Source: Patescibacteria group bacterium
GTDB taxonomy: Bacteria > Patescibacteriota > Patescibacteriia > 2-01-FULL-39-33
Direction: 5' to 3'
Length of the DNA stretch: 32,000 bases
NCBI GenBank assembly: GCA_041649575.1
Contig: JBAZMW010000005.1
Location: 1 to 32,000 of the forward strand
Shown here: positions 9,702-18,047 of the stretch, piece by piece
Numbering within the stretch: position 1 is the first letter of the stretch
Layout of the letters: every line of letters begins with the position of its first letter
Position numbers and translations under genes: made by a program
Notes under the pieces: model-generated
The model's input: the letters and a program-made list of their open reading frames with translations, nothing else
Told to the model about the DNA's origin: nothing
Database searches by the model: none

Positions 9702-10934
9702 ATGAAAAAGGTGATTTTTGTGATTTGCGACGGTTTGCCGGACCGGCCGATTAAAGAACTCGGCTATAAAACTCCGCTGGAGGCGGCCAGTACGCCTAAT
9801 TTGGATAAGATCGCGGTTGATGGAATCTCCGGTATGATGCATACGGTGGATATTGGTGTGCGGCCAGGTTCTGACACGGCTCATTTGTCGATTTTCGGCT
9901 ATGATCCGTATGTTTATTATGCCGGACGCGGGCCATACGAGTGTGCTGGAGCGGGCTTGGAAGTATTAAGAGGCGACGTGGCTTTTCGGGCCAATGCCGG
10001 TACTTTGGATGAAAGCGGAATTTTAATTGACCGGCGAGCGGGACGGATTGAATCGACTCGTCCGCTCATAGAGGCTCTGGGAGAAGTAGAAATCGACGGC
10101 ATTAAAGTTATCATTAAAAAAAGTCTGGGGCACCGTATCGGACTACTAATGCGCGGGCCGGGTTTAAATCCTAAAGTTTCCGACCAAGATCCGCATAAAA
10201 CCGGAGTAGAATTACATCAGGTTAAGCCGCTTGATGATTCTCCGGAAGCCAAGTTTACCGCTCAGGTTTTGAACAAGTTCAGTGATCTGGCCAGAGAAAA
10301 ATTAAAATCAGCGGAATTTAACAAAGAAAGAATAGCTCAAGGGAAGCTGCCGGCCAATGTAGTATTGTTTCGTGGCGCCGGCTCGATTCCCGAAAGCATG
10401 TTGAGTTTTAAGGATAAATATAATTTGGACGCGGCTTTTGTGGCTGGCGGCCCGCTGTATAAAGGCATCGCTAAAATTTTGGGCATGGAAATAATCGAGT
10501 TTAATGAAAGCGAAGGAGTGACCGGGCTGCCCAACTCCAATTTGGAAAATAAAATTAATAAGGCGATCGAGGTGGCCAAAGATTTTGATTTTGTATTTGT
10601 GCATATTAAGGCGGCCGACAGTCTGGCGGAAGACGGCAATTATCAGGGCAAGCTGGAGTTTATAGAAAAAATTGACCAGGCCATGCTGCCGTTGGCCGAG
10701 AGCAATGATTTTTTAGTGGTGGTGACAGCAGATCATACCACTTCCTCGGCGCTTAAAATGCACACAGCCGATCCGGTGCCGCTGACCATAAAAGGCGAGG
10801 GGGTGCGTACCGATGATATTAACGGTTTTAATGAACGGGAATGCGCCAAGGGACGGCTGGGGGTTATTCGCGGCGAAAATTTGATGCCGATAATTATCGA
10901 TTTGATGGGGCTGGCGGAATTGTTCGGCGCTTAA
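9702..10934 (+). CDS. apgM: 2,3-bisphosphoglycerate-independent phosphoglycerate mutase, archaeal (ApgM) type
   Basis: ATG at 9702 (track ORF extends to 9627). 'VIFVICDGLPDRPIKELGYKTPLEAASTPNLDKIAVDGISGMMH', 'GVRPGSDTAHLSIFGYDP', 'GRGPYECAGAGL', 'VVTADHTTSS'. Confidence 0.92.
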   Translation: MKKVIFVICDGLPDRPIKELGYKTPLEAASTPNLDKIAVDGISGMMHTVDIGVRPGSDTAHLSIFGYDPYVYYAGRGPYECAGAGLEVLRGDVAFRANAGTLDESGILIDRRAGRIESTRPLIEALGEVEIDGIKVIIKKSLGHRIGLLMRGPGLNPKVSDQDPHKTGVELHQVKPLDDSPEAKFTAQVLNKFSDLAREKLKSAEFNKERIAQGKLPANVVLFRGAGSIPESMLSFKDKYNLDAAFVAGGPLYKGIAKILGMEIIEFNESEGVTGLPNSNLENKINKAIEVAKDFDFVFVHIKAADSLAEDGNYQGKLEFIEKIDQAMLPLAESNDFLVVVTADHTTSSALKMHTADPVPLTIKGEGVRTDDINGFNERECAKGRLGVIRGENLMPIIIDLMGLAELFGA

Positions 10935-11007
10935 AAATTTGCTTTTCGATGATTTTTTGGTTTAAAATACATAGCGAATAATTTTTTAAAAAATAATAAA
11001 AAAAATT

Positions 11008-12981
11008 ATGTTATTGGCACTGATGGCTGGAGTGGTGGCGATTCTGGGTTTGGCGGCAGCCGGTTTTCTGGCCTATGCTCTAGCCAAGCAAAAAGTTGAA
11101 GACAAACGAGCGGAAGTCATCGCTGCTTATATTAAAGAGGGCGCGCTGGTTTTTTTATTCAAGGAATACCGGATCTTGGCGGTGTTGGTGGCGGTGGTAG
11201 CCATAATTATTGCGGCCCTACCCGGCTTGTCATGGAAGACGGCTGTGGCTTTTATTTTTGGAGCTGTTTTGTCGATGGCGGCCGGGTTTATAGGGATGAG
11301 GGTGGCCACTTTGGCTAACGTGCGGACTGCCGAAAAATTTCGTCAGGGTTTGGCTCAGGGATTAAAGACGGCTTTTACTTCTGGTTCGGTAATGGGGTTA
11401 TCAGTGGTTTCGCTTGGTCTTTTGGGCGTGACGGTTTTGTATTTAGTTTTTAGGGATCCAAATGTAATTTACGGTTTTGGTTTCGGCGCTTCTGCGGTGG
11501 CCTTGTTTGCCAGGGTTGGCGGCGGAATTTATACCAAAGCGGCTGACGTGGGCGCGGATTTGGCTGGCAAGCTAGAGCAGGGCATGCCGGAAGACGATCT
11601 AAGAAATCCGGCGGTGATTGCCAATGCTGTCGGCGACAACGTGGGAGACGTGGCTGGCCTGGGTGCTGATTTATTTGAAAGTTATGTGGATTCAATTATT
11701 GCCGCTATAGCTTTGGGAGCGATTTTTTGGCCGTTATTTGGAACCAAGGCAGTGGTTTTGCCGCTGCTGTTGGCGGCGGCAGGTTTGCTGGCTTCGGTTC
11801 TGGGAAACTTGGCGGTTTTTTTTATCAAAAGCAGTGCGAGCCGCATTCTGAATTTCGGCGTTTGGTTGTCGGCTTTAGCCATGCTGATTTTGTCTTTTTT
11901 AGCCATCAAACTGACTATTAATGACTTGGGCGTTTTTTGGGCTTTGCTAGTCGGACTATTGGCAGGAGTTGCTATCGGACTGGCTGCCGAATATTACACT
12001 TCCGACAGGAGAAGGCCGGCGAGAAATGTCGCTTTGGCTTCGCAGACAGGAACAGCCACCAATATTATTGCCGGCCTGGCCTCGGGGCTGATGAGCACCA
12101 TTGTTCCGGTGCTGGCCGTGGTGGTGGCAATTTATTTTGCCAACAGCTTTGCCGGACTCTATGGCGTGGCTATTTCGGCAGTGGGCATGCTCTCGACGCT
12201 GGGAATCGTTTTGGCCAATAATGCTCATGGTCCGGTAATTGACAATGCGGCTGCTATTGTTCGCTTGGCCGAAATGGGCGCCGAAACGCGAGAGCGAACA
12301 GAAGAGCTCGATGCTGTCGGCAATACCACGGCCGCGATCGGCAAAGGATTCGCCATTGGCAGTGCCGCTTTGACTACCGTGGTGCTTTTGGTTGCTTTTG
12401 GCCAAGCCGTTAACCTGACAGTGATTAATTTATTGGAAACCAAAACCCTGATCGGGCTGCTTATCGGCGGAGTTTTACCTTTCGCTTTTTGCGCTTTGGC
12501 CATGCGGGCTGTCTCTCGGGCGGCCGGGAAAATGGTTGAAGAGGTCAGGCGTCAATTTAGTGAGACGGCGGGCATCATGAGCGGCGAGACAGAGCCGGAT
12601 TATAAAAAATGCATTAATATTTCTACTGGCGCGGCTTTGAGACGGATGATCGCTCCAGGGCTTTTGGCGCTAGTGGCGCCGGTGGTGGTGGGCAAATATT
12701 TGGGGGTCGAAAGTTTGGCCGGACTGTTGGCGGGAGCGACGGTGACCGCATTTATGTTGGCGGTATTTATGGCTAGTAGCGGCGGCGTTTGGGATAACGC
12801 CAAGAAGTTTATTGAGGCCGGCAATCTCGGAGGCAAGGGCAGTGAGGCGCATAAAGCGGCAGTGATTGGCGATACTGTCGGCGACCCGCTCAAGGACACG
12901 GCCGGCCCGGCTCTTAATATTCTGATAAAATTGATGGCGATAATTTCTATTGTGATCGCGCCGTTGTTGATGATGAGATAA
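11008..12981 (+). CDS. hppA: Ion-translocating membrane pyrophosphatase
   Basis: Multi-TM protein with '[55 protein letters not shown]', '[18 protein letters not shown]', '[51 protein letters not shown]'. Confidence 0.97.
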   Translation: MLLALMAGVVAILGLAAAGFLAYALAKQKVEDKRAEVIAAYIKEGALVFLFKEYRILAVLVAVVAIIIAALPGLSWKTAVAFIFGAVLSMAAGFIGMRVATLANVRTAEKFRQGLAQGLKTAFTSGSVMGLSVVSLGLLGVTVLYLVFRDPNVIYGFGFGASAVALFARVGGGIYTKAADVGADLAGKLEQGMPEDDLRNPAVIANAVGDNVGDVAGLGADLFESYVDSIIAAIALGAIFWPLFGTKAVVLPLLLAAAGLLASVLGNLAVFFIKSSASRILNFGVWLSALAMLILSFLAIKLTINDLGVFWALLVGLLAGVAIGLAAEYYTSDRRRPARNVALASQTGTATNIIAGLASGLMSTIVPVLAVVVAIYFANSFAGLYGVAISAVGMLSTLGIVLANNAHGPVIDNAAAIVRLAEMGAETRERTEELDAVGNTTAAIGKGFAIGSAALTTVVLLVAFGQAVNLTVINLLETKTLIGLLIGGVLPFAFCALAMRAVSRAAGKMVEEVRRQFSETAGIMSGETEPDYKKCINISTGAALRRMIAPGLLALVAPVVVGKYLGVESLAGLLAGATVTAFMLAVFMASSGGVWDNAKKFIEAGNLGGKGSEAHKAAVIGDTVGDPLKDTAGPALNILIKLMAIISIVIAPLLMMR

Positions 12982-12995
12982 TTTTAATATTTTTA

Positions 12996-13029
12996 AAAAC
13001 CACCCGGTCAATCTTGGCTGGGTGGTTTT
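12996..13029 (+). terminator. Rho-independent terminator after hppA
   Basis: AAAACCACCC...GGGTGGTTTT inverted repeat. Confidence 0.75.
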
Positions 13030-13090
13030 GACTTAATGCTATTTTTTTGTTAAGATGATCGGGTTGTTTTAACAGCTAATAATTTATCAA

Positions 13091-14380
13091 ATGAAGACAG
13101 AAATAAAAAAATTACCCAAAGCGCAGTTGGAGCTTTTGGTCGAGGTGCCGGCAGACGAAGTGAGGCCTTATTTGGAAAAAGCGGCAATTAAACTTTCACA
13201 AAGTATAAAAATCGACGGTTGGCGGCCGGGCAAAGCGCCTTATAAAATAGTCAAAAATAAAGTGGGTGAGATGGAAATCCTAAAGGAAGCAGTTGATGAG
13301 ATTATTTCCCAAACCTATTTCAAAATTTTACAAGAAAAAGAGATTGTCACTATTGGCCAGCCGAGCATCGAGCTTGAAAAGTTAGCGCCAAACAACCCCG
13401 TGAGCTATAAGGCGACGGTAGCGGTTTTGCCAAAACTCAAACTGGGGGAATACAAAAATATCAAATTAAGCAGAACACCGGTCAAAGTCGACGACAAGAA
13501 AGTGGAACAGGTGGTGGAAGACATTCGCAAAATGAGAGCCAAGGAGAAGCTGGTGGAGCGGGCGGCCGGCACTGGCGACCGGCTCTTGACCGACTTTGAT
13601 GTCTTTTTGGACAAGGTGCCGATAGAAAATGGCAGCCAAAAAAAATATCCGGTCACCATCGGCGAGCAGCGTTTCATTCCTGGATTTGAAGAACAACTCG
13701 TCGGCCTGAAGGCGGGGGAACAAAAAGAATTTGAGCTGAAATTCCCCAACGAGTATTATCAAAAGAATCTAGCCGGCAAGACTTGTGTTTTTAAGGTGAA
13801 AGTCAACGCGGTCTATGAGGTGGAATTGCCGCCGGTTGACGATGAGTTCGCCAAAACTATTTCTGGTGGCCAGTTTGCCACCGCGCTAGAAATGAAAGGC
13901 AGTATTAAAAAAAATCTGGAGCAAGAAGAAAAAAATAAGCAAGAACAGCGTCTGGAGACGGAACTGCTGGAAAAGATTGTTAATATTTCCGAATTTGAAG
14001 AAATTCCCGATGTTTTAATCGACAATGAGATTCACAAAATGAAGCATGAACTGGAGGACAGTTTGGCCCAGCAAGGATTTGCTTTTGCCGATTATTTAAA
14101 AAGCATTAACAAGTCGATTGAGGATTTGGAAAAAGAGTTTCGGCCAGCGGCCGAGCAGAGAGTCAAAACGGCCATCATTTGCCGCGAGATTTACGCCGAA
14201 CAAAAAATGGCAGTGCGTCCCGATGAGGTGGAGCAGGAGATCGAGAGCCTTTTGAAAAATTATCCCAACAATCCCGAAGCCCAAAAACAATCAACCAGCG
14301 AAACCTACAAAGATTATCTGAAAAATGTTTTGGGCAACAGAAAAGTAATCGATTATTTAAAAAGCATAATTGTAAAATAA
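13091..14380 (+). CDS. tig: Trigger factor (peptidyl-prolyl isomerase/chaperone)
   Basis: 'VEVPADEVRPYLEKAAIKLSQSIKIDGWRPGKAPYKIVKNKVGEMEILKEAVDEII', 'GEQRFIPGFEEQLVGLKAGEQKEFELKFP', and a helical C-terminal domain. Confidence 0.93.
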   Translation: MKTEIKKLPKAQLELLVEVPADEVRPYLEKAAIKLSQSIKIDGWRPGKAPYKIVKNKVGEMEILKEAVDEIISQTYFKILQEKEIVTIGQPSIELEKLAPNNPVSYKATVAVLPKLKLGEYKNIKLSRTPVKVDDKKVEQVVEDIRKMRAKEKLVERAAGTGDRLLTDFDVFLDKVPIENGSQKKYPVTIGEQRFIPGFEEQLVGLKAGEQKEFELKFPNEYYQKNLAGKTCVFKVKVNAVYEVELPPVDDEFAKTISGGQFATALEMKGSIKKNLEQEEKNKQEQRLETELLEKIVNISEFEEIPDVLIDNEIHKMKHELEDSLAQQGFAFADYLKSINKSIEDLEKEFRPAAEQRVKTAIICREIYAEQKMAVRPDEVEQEIESLLKNYPNNPEAQKQSTSETYKDYLKNVLGNRKVIDYLKSIIVK

Positions 14381-14394
14381 AAGAAATCAACAAG

Positions 14395-14415
14395 CGGCTC
14401 CAGCAGCCGTTTTTT
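14395..14415 (+). terminator. Rho-independent terminator after tig
   Basis: CGGCT-CCAGC-AGCCG followed by TTTTTT. Confidence 0.7.
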
Positions 14416-14468
14416 GGTTGATTTATTAAGTTAAACCAAGTAAACTAAAGGTATTAATCCGTAAAATT

Positions 14469-15452
14469 ATGAAGATTTTAGTAGTGGGCGGGGCCGGCTA
14501 TATTGGCAGTCATGTCGCCAAAGAATTCAAATTGGCCGGATATCAGGTGGCCGTTTTTGATAATTTAACGACCGGTTCCAGAGACAATCTGGTAGCGGGA
14601 ATCGATTTTATTTTGGGCGATGTCACTAATTATCAGCAGATCAGGCAGGCCTTGGTCGGCTGTGACGCGGTGATTTATCTGGCGGCCCTCAAGGCGGCCG
14701 GTGAATCGATGAAGTTTCCGGAGAAATACTCTTTCAATAATATTTACGGCGCCATTAATTTATTAAACGCCATGGCCGAAGTCGGTGTTGGCAGAATTGT
14801 TTTTTCTTCGTCGGCCGCGGTTTATGGCCAGCCCCAGTATTTACCGCTGGACGAGAATCATCCCACCGAACCGATTAATTTTTACGGCTTTACCAAGCTG
14901 GAAATCGAAAGGATTTTGAAATGGTACGATCAGTTAAAGGGAATAAAATTCGCGGCTCTAAGATATTTTAACGCGGTTGGCTACGACGTGGCCCAAGAGC
15001 TGGCCGGTTTGGAAAAAAATCCTCAAAATCTTTTGCCGATTGTTTTCGAGGCGGTTTTCGGCCAGCGGGAACAGGTGGAGATTTTCGGCGACGACTACGA
15101 CACGCCGGACGGCACCTGCATCCGCGACTACATTCATGTCAGCGACTTGGCCTCGGCGCATTTGTCGGCGCTAAATTATTTAGCCGACAAGCAAGAGAGT
15201 TTGACTGTTAATTTAGGCACGGCCAAAGGCATCAGCGTCAAGGAAATGATTGAAGCCGTCAAAAAAATTTCCGGCATTGATTTTAAAGTTATAATCAGCG
15301 GCCGCCGGCCAGGTGATCCGCCCCGGCTGTTGGCCGATTCAGGATTGGCCTTAAAACTGCTTCGTTGGCAAGCCAGACATAGCGACCTGGAGACCATAAT
15401 CAAAACCACTTTAGCGGCTTATCAAAAAAAATATGGCCAGTCAAAAAACTAA
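14469..15452 (+). CDS. galE: UDP-glucose 4-epimerase (extended SDR)
   Basis: 'ILVVGGAGYIGSHVAKEFKLAGYQVAVFDNLTTG', 'IVFSSSAAVYGQPQYLPLDENHPTEPINFYGFTKLEIE', 'DGTCIRDYIHVSDLA'. Confidence 0.95.
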   Translation: MKILVVGGAGYIGSHVAKEFKLAGYQVAVFDNLTTGSRDNLVAGIDFILGDVTNYQQIRQALVGCDAVIYLAALKAAGESMKFPEKYSFNNIYGAINLLNAMAEVGVGRIVFSSSAAVYGQPQYLPLDENHPTEPINFYGFTKLEIERILKWYDQLKGIKFAALRYFNAVGYDVAQELAGLEKNPQNLLPIVFEAVFGQREQVEIFGDDYDTPDGTCIRDYIHVSDLASAHLSALNYLADKQESLTVNLGTAKGISVKEMIEAVKKISGIDFKVIISGRRPGDPPRLLADSGLALKLLRWQARHSDLETIIKTTLAAYQKKYGQSKN

Positions 15453-16311
15453 AATCGGACTACACGTCTCGGCCGCTAGCGATTTGTCGCTGGCGCCGCT
15501 GCGCGCCAAAGAAGTTGGAGCGGAGTGCTTCCAATTTTTTTCGCGGCCGCCGCAAGGCGGACCAGCCCGACCGCTGTCGGAGCGAGTCATTAGAGAGTTT
15601 AAAAAAAATTGCCAGAAACACAATTTAGAAGGTTATATTCACGCGCCTTATTACATCAACCTGGCCTCGGCCAAAAATAATGTTTATTACGGGTCGATCA
15701 GTGTGATTCGCGATGAATTGGAGCGGGGCGCCAAGCTGGGCGTTAAATACCTGATGATACACCTGGGTAGCGCCAAGGATTTGGGAGAAGCGGCGGGAAT
15801 AAAAAAGGTGATCGAAGGGCTTGATAAAATTTTGGCCGGCTATAAAGGCAAAACACAATTTCTGATTGAAATGTCGGCCGGCGCCGGAGCGATTATCGGC
15901 GACACTTTCGAGGAAATAGCCAAAATAGTCAATTCGTCAAAGTTAAAAAAATATCGGATCGGAATTTGTTATGACACCTGTCACGGCTTTGCTTCCGGCT
16001 ACGATGTTAGGGACGAAAAAGTCGTCAAAAGCACTTTCAGAGAATTTGATCGTCTGCTGGGGTTGAAGCGCCTGAAACTGATTCACGCCAACGATTCTTT
16101 CGGAGAATTGGGTTCACATCTGGACAGGCACGCCCATCTTGGCCAAGGAAAAATCGGCTTGAAAGGATTTAAGGCAATCGTCGCTTTTGCCAAAAAACAA
16201 AAAATAAATTTGATTTTGGAGACGCCGTATGACGATAGTTTGGCAGAGGATTTAAAAATTTTAAAGAGTTTAATAAAACAGCCCCCAACGACGATTCGCC
16301 AGGAGCATTAG
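15433..16311 (+). CDS. nfo: Endonuclease IV (AP endonuclease); 20-nt overlap with galE
   Basis: 'IGLHVSAASDLSLAP', 'GYIHAPYYINLAS', 'YLMIHLGSA', 'IGICYDTCHGFASGYDV', 'LIHANDSFGELGSHLDRHAHLGQGKIG', 'LILETP'. Confidence 0.95.
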   Translation: MASQKTKIGLHVSAASDLSLAPLRAKEVGAECFQFFSRPPQGGPARPLSERVIREFKKNCQKHNLEGYIHAPYYINLASAKNNVYYGSISVIRDELERGAKLGVKYLMIHLGSAKDLGEAAGIKKVIEGLDKILAGYKGKTQFLIEMSAGAGAIIGDTFEEIAKIVNSSKLKKYRIGICYDTCHGFASGYDVRDEKVVKSTFREFDRLLGLKRLKLIHANDSFGELGSHLDRHAHLGQGKIGLKGFKAIVAFAKKQKINLILETPYDDSLAEDLKILKSLIKQPPTTIRQEH

Positions 16312-16343
16312 CGGAGAGCCGTGACTTTTGTTGTGCCACTTAT

Positions 16344-16613
16344 CTATTCGTCGCCCAGAATTACTTCGGGCATTTCGAACGAGGAACAGGCCGAAGAGAG
16401 CAGCCAAAAGTCTTGGCTATCAGTCGATAAATGTACTGGAAAAACGTGGCTATCGGTGCAGCTAACCGGGAGACCCCAATTCTTCAGAATGACAATCTGC
16501 GTTCCGTCTGGCAAGGGGTCTTTAAGGCTAACAGAACGGCCGATGACTAAGGGATTGATAAGCTGGCTTTTCGGCCAGAAACGCCAGGTGGCTTCAATAC
16601 CGTAGGTATCCAT
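16344..16613 (-). CDS. Small hypothetical protein (uncertain; competing + strand ORF 16321-16605)
   Basis: 89-aa ORF with a purine-rich GAGGGG stretch near the ATG. Its composition is plausible, but an overlapping antisense ORF of similar length exists. Confidence 0.35.
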   Translation of the reverse strand: MDTYGIEATWRFWPKSQLINPLVIGRSVSLKDPLPDGTQIVILKNWGLPVSCTDSHVFPVHLSTDSQDFWLLSSACSSFEMPEVILGDE

Positions 16614-16674
16614 AGATAGCCCCTCCTGATTATTTTAGGCAGTTTAACTCAATAACAAATTTTTATCAACCTTT

Positions 16675-17175
16675 ATGAAAGTGGCTATTATTTCCGACTC
16701 CCATGACAATGTTCCCAATATAGAAAAATTCATGTCTTGGGCCAGAAAAAACAAGATTAAGCAAATCATTCATTGTGGCGATGTGAGCGCGCCCTCAATG
16801 ATCAGCTTAGTTTTCATGAAAAATTATTCCGGCCAACTGGATTTGGTCTATGGTAATGTCGGTGATTGGGAAGTGCTAAAAAAAGTTTGCTCGCGGTATA
16901 AGAATGTTAAATTTCATGGCAATATCGGAAAATTAACTGCCGATGGGCAGAAGATCGCTTTTTGTCATTTTCCGGAAGAAGCTAGAAAGTTGGCCGAGAG
17001 CGGCAAATACGGGCTAGTTTTCTACGGCCACACACATAAGCCCTGGATAGAGAAAATTGGCAACTGTCAGATGGTTAATCCGGGCACCCTGGGCGGCGTG
17101 TTTCAAAAAGCCTGTTTTGCGGTTTATGAAACCAAGACCGGCAGTTTGGAATTGAAAATCTTAGAAAGAATTTAG
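16675..17175 (+). CDS. YfcE/MJ0936-like metallophosphoesterase
   Basis: 'KVAIISDSHDNVPNI', 'IIHCGDVSAPSMI', 'YGNVGDW', 'GLVFYGHTHKPWIEK...VNPGTLGG'. Confidence 0.93.
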   Translation: MKVAIISDSHDNVPNIEKFMSWARKNKIKQIIHCGDVSAPSMISLVFMKNYSGQLDLVYGNVGDWEVLKKVCSRYKNVKFHGNIGKLTADGQKIAFCHFPEEARKLAESGKYGLVFYGHTHKPWIEKIGNCQMVNPGTLGGVFQKACFAVYETKTGSLELKILERI

Positions 17176-17181
17176 GAAATT

Positions 17182-17403
17182 ATGCGTATTATCATAGTAG
17201 AGGTAAAACCAAATTCAGCAAAGATTAAAATTGAACAAATCTCCGAACAGGTTTATAAAGTCCAGCTAACCGCTCAACCGATAGCAGGCCGGGCCAATAA
17301 ACAACTAATTGAAGTTTTGGCCGATTACCTTGGCGTGGCCAAAAGCCAGCTGAAGGTCAAGTCGGGCAGAACCAGCAGGACTAAAGTAATAATCATTAAA
17401 TGA
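17182..17403 (+). CDS. DUF167/UPF0235 (YggU-like) protein
   Basis: 'VEVKPNSAKIKIEQ', 'YKVQLTAQPIAGRANKQLIEVLADYLGVAKSQLKVKSGRTSRTKVIII'. Confidence 0.9.
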   Translation: MRIIIVEVKPNSAKIKIEQISEQVYKVQLTAQPIAGRANKQLIEVLADYLGVAKSQLKVKSGRTSRTKVIIIK

Positions 17404-17531
17404 CAGTTTTGTGTTAAAATTTATGTTTTTTGTCTTGGGGGGATAAATTGTGAAAAAAATAAGTTTGCCAAGTTGGGTTTTTTTGGCTATAATGCTGTTG
17501 CTATAACTGAAGGCAGAAAATTAAAAATTAT

Positions 17532-17558
17532 ATTCCGCTAAATTTAGCGGAATTTTGG
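17532..17558 (+). terminator. Perfect 22-bp palindrome followed by a T-run; probable terminator
   Basis: ATTCCGCTAAATTTAGCGGAAT then TTT. Confidence 0.6.
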
Positions 17559-17645
17559 ACTGTTTAAGGTAATTACCCTTGACAAAAAAACTTAGTTGTG
17601 ATAAGATAAGACGTTGGTCCTAAGAAATAGTATCCACAGTTCTGC

Positions 17646-17664
17646 AGGCACGACAAGCATGGGA
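17646..17664 (+). repeat. Intergenic direct repeat copy 1: AGGCACGACAAGCATGGGA
   Basis: 19-nt exact match to 17861-17879. Confidence 0.85.
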
Positions 17665-17860
17665 GTTATTTTTTTAAGGATTATTTTGGTCCGTCAAAAG
17701 ACTCGAATTTTACCTTGGAATAATTTCTTGTCTGCAGTATCGTGAATAGTATTTGGCAACCTGTAGGCCACAAATTTGTCACCTTCCATTCAAATTTTGA
17801 GAAAATTTTTTTCTCCAAATCCTCGTTAATTCGAGGTAGCTTGGGTGGGCCTAGATGGCT

Positions 17861-17879
17861 AGGCACGACAAGCATGGGA
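17861..17879 (+). repeat. Intergenic direct repeat copy 2: AGGCACGACAAGCATGGGA
   Basis: 19-nt exact match to 17646-17664. Confidence 0.85.
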
Positions 17880-17990
17880 ATTTTTATAAGCTTTTTTCGG
17901 GCTTTTAGCTTGAGAATTGCTTACCTAAAATTTTCTTGCCTGGCCATCTGGACCCATCCAAGTATTAGGCCTACAGATTATTGGATATTA

Positions 17991-18030
17991 AATTAACCCC
18001 CCACCTTTTGAAAAAGGTGGGGGGTTAATT
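17991..18030. terminator. Strong bidirectional terminator hairpin between the noncoding region and the VanW-like gene
   Basis: AATTAACCCCCCACCTTTT-GA-AAAAGGTGGGGGGTTAATT, a perfect 19-bp stem. Confidence 0.85.
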
Positions 18031-18047
18031 TTTACTAGAGATAAATT

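Noticed and set aside
11127-12899. Many 60-149 aa ORFs on both strands inside the pyrophosphatase gene
   Set aside because: The GC-rich long gene gives spurious open frames, and the pyrophosphatase motifs are unambiguous on the + strand.
17742-17996. 84-aa ORF in the noncoding region
   Set aside because: Covers the 19-nt repeat and hairpins; the composition is not protein-like and I saw no clear ribosome-binding site.
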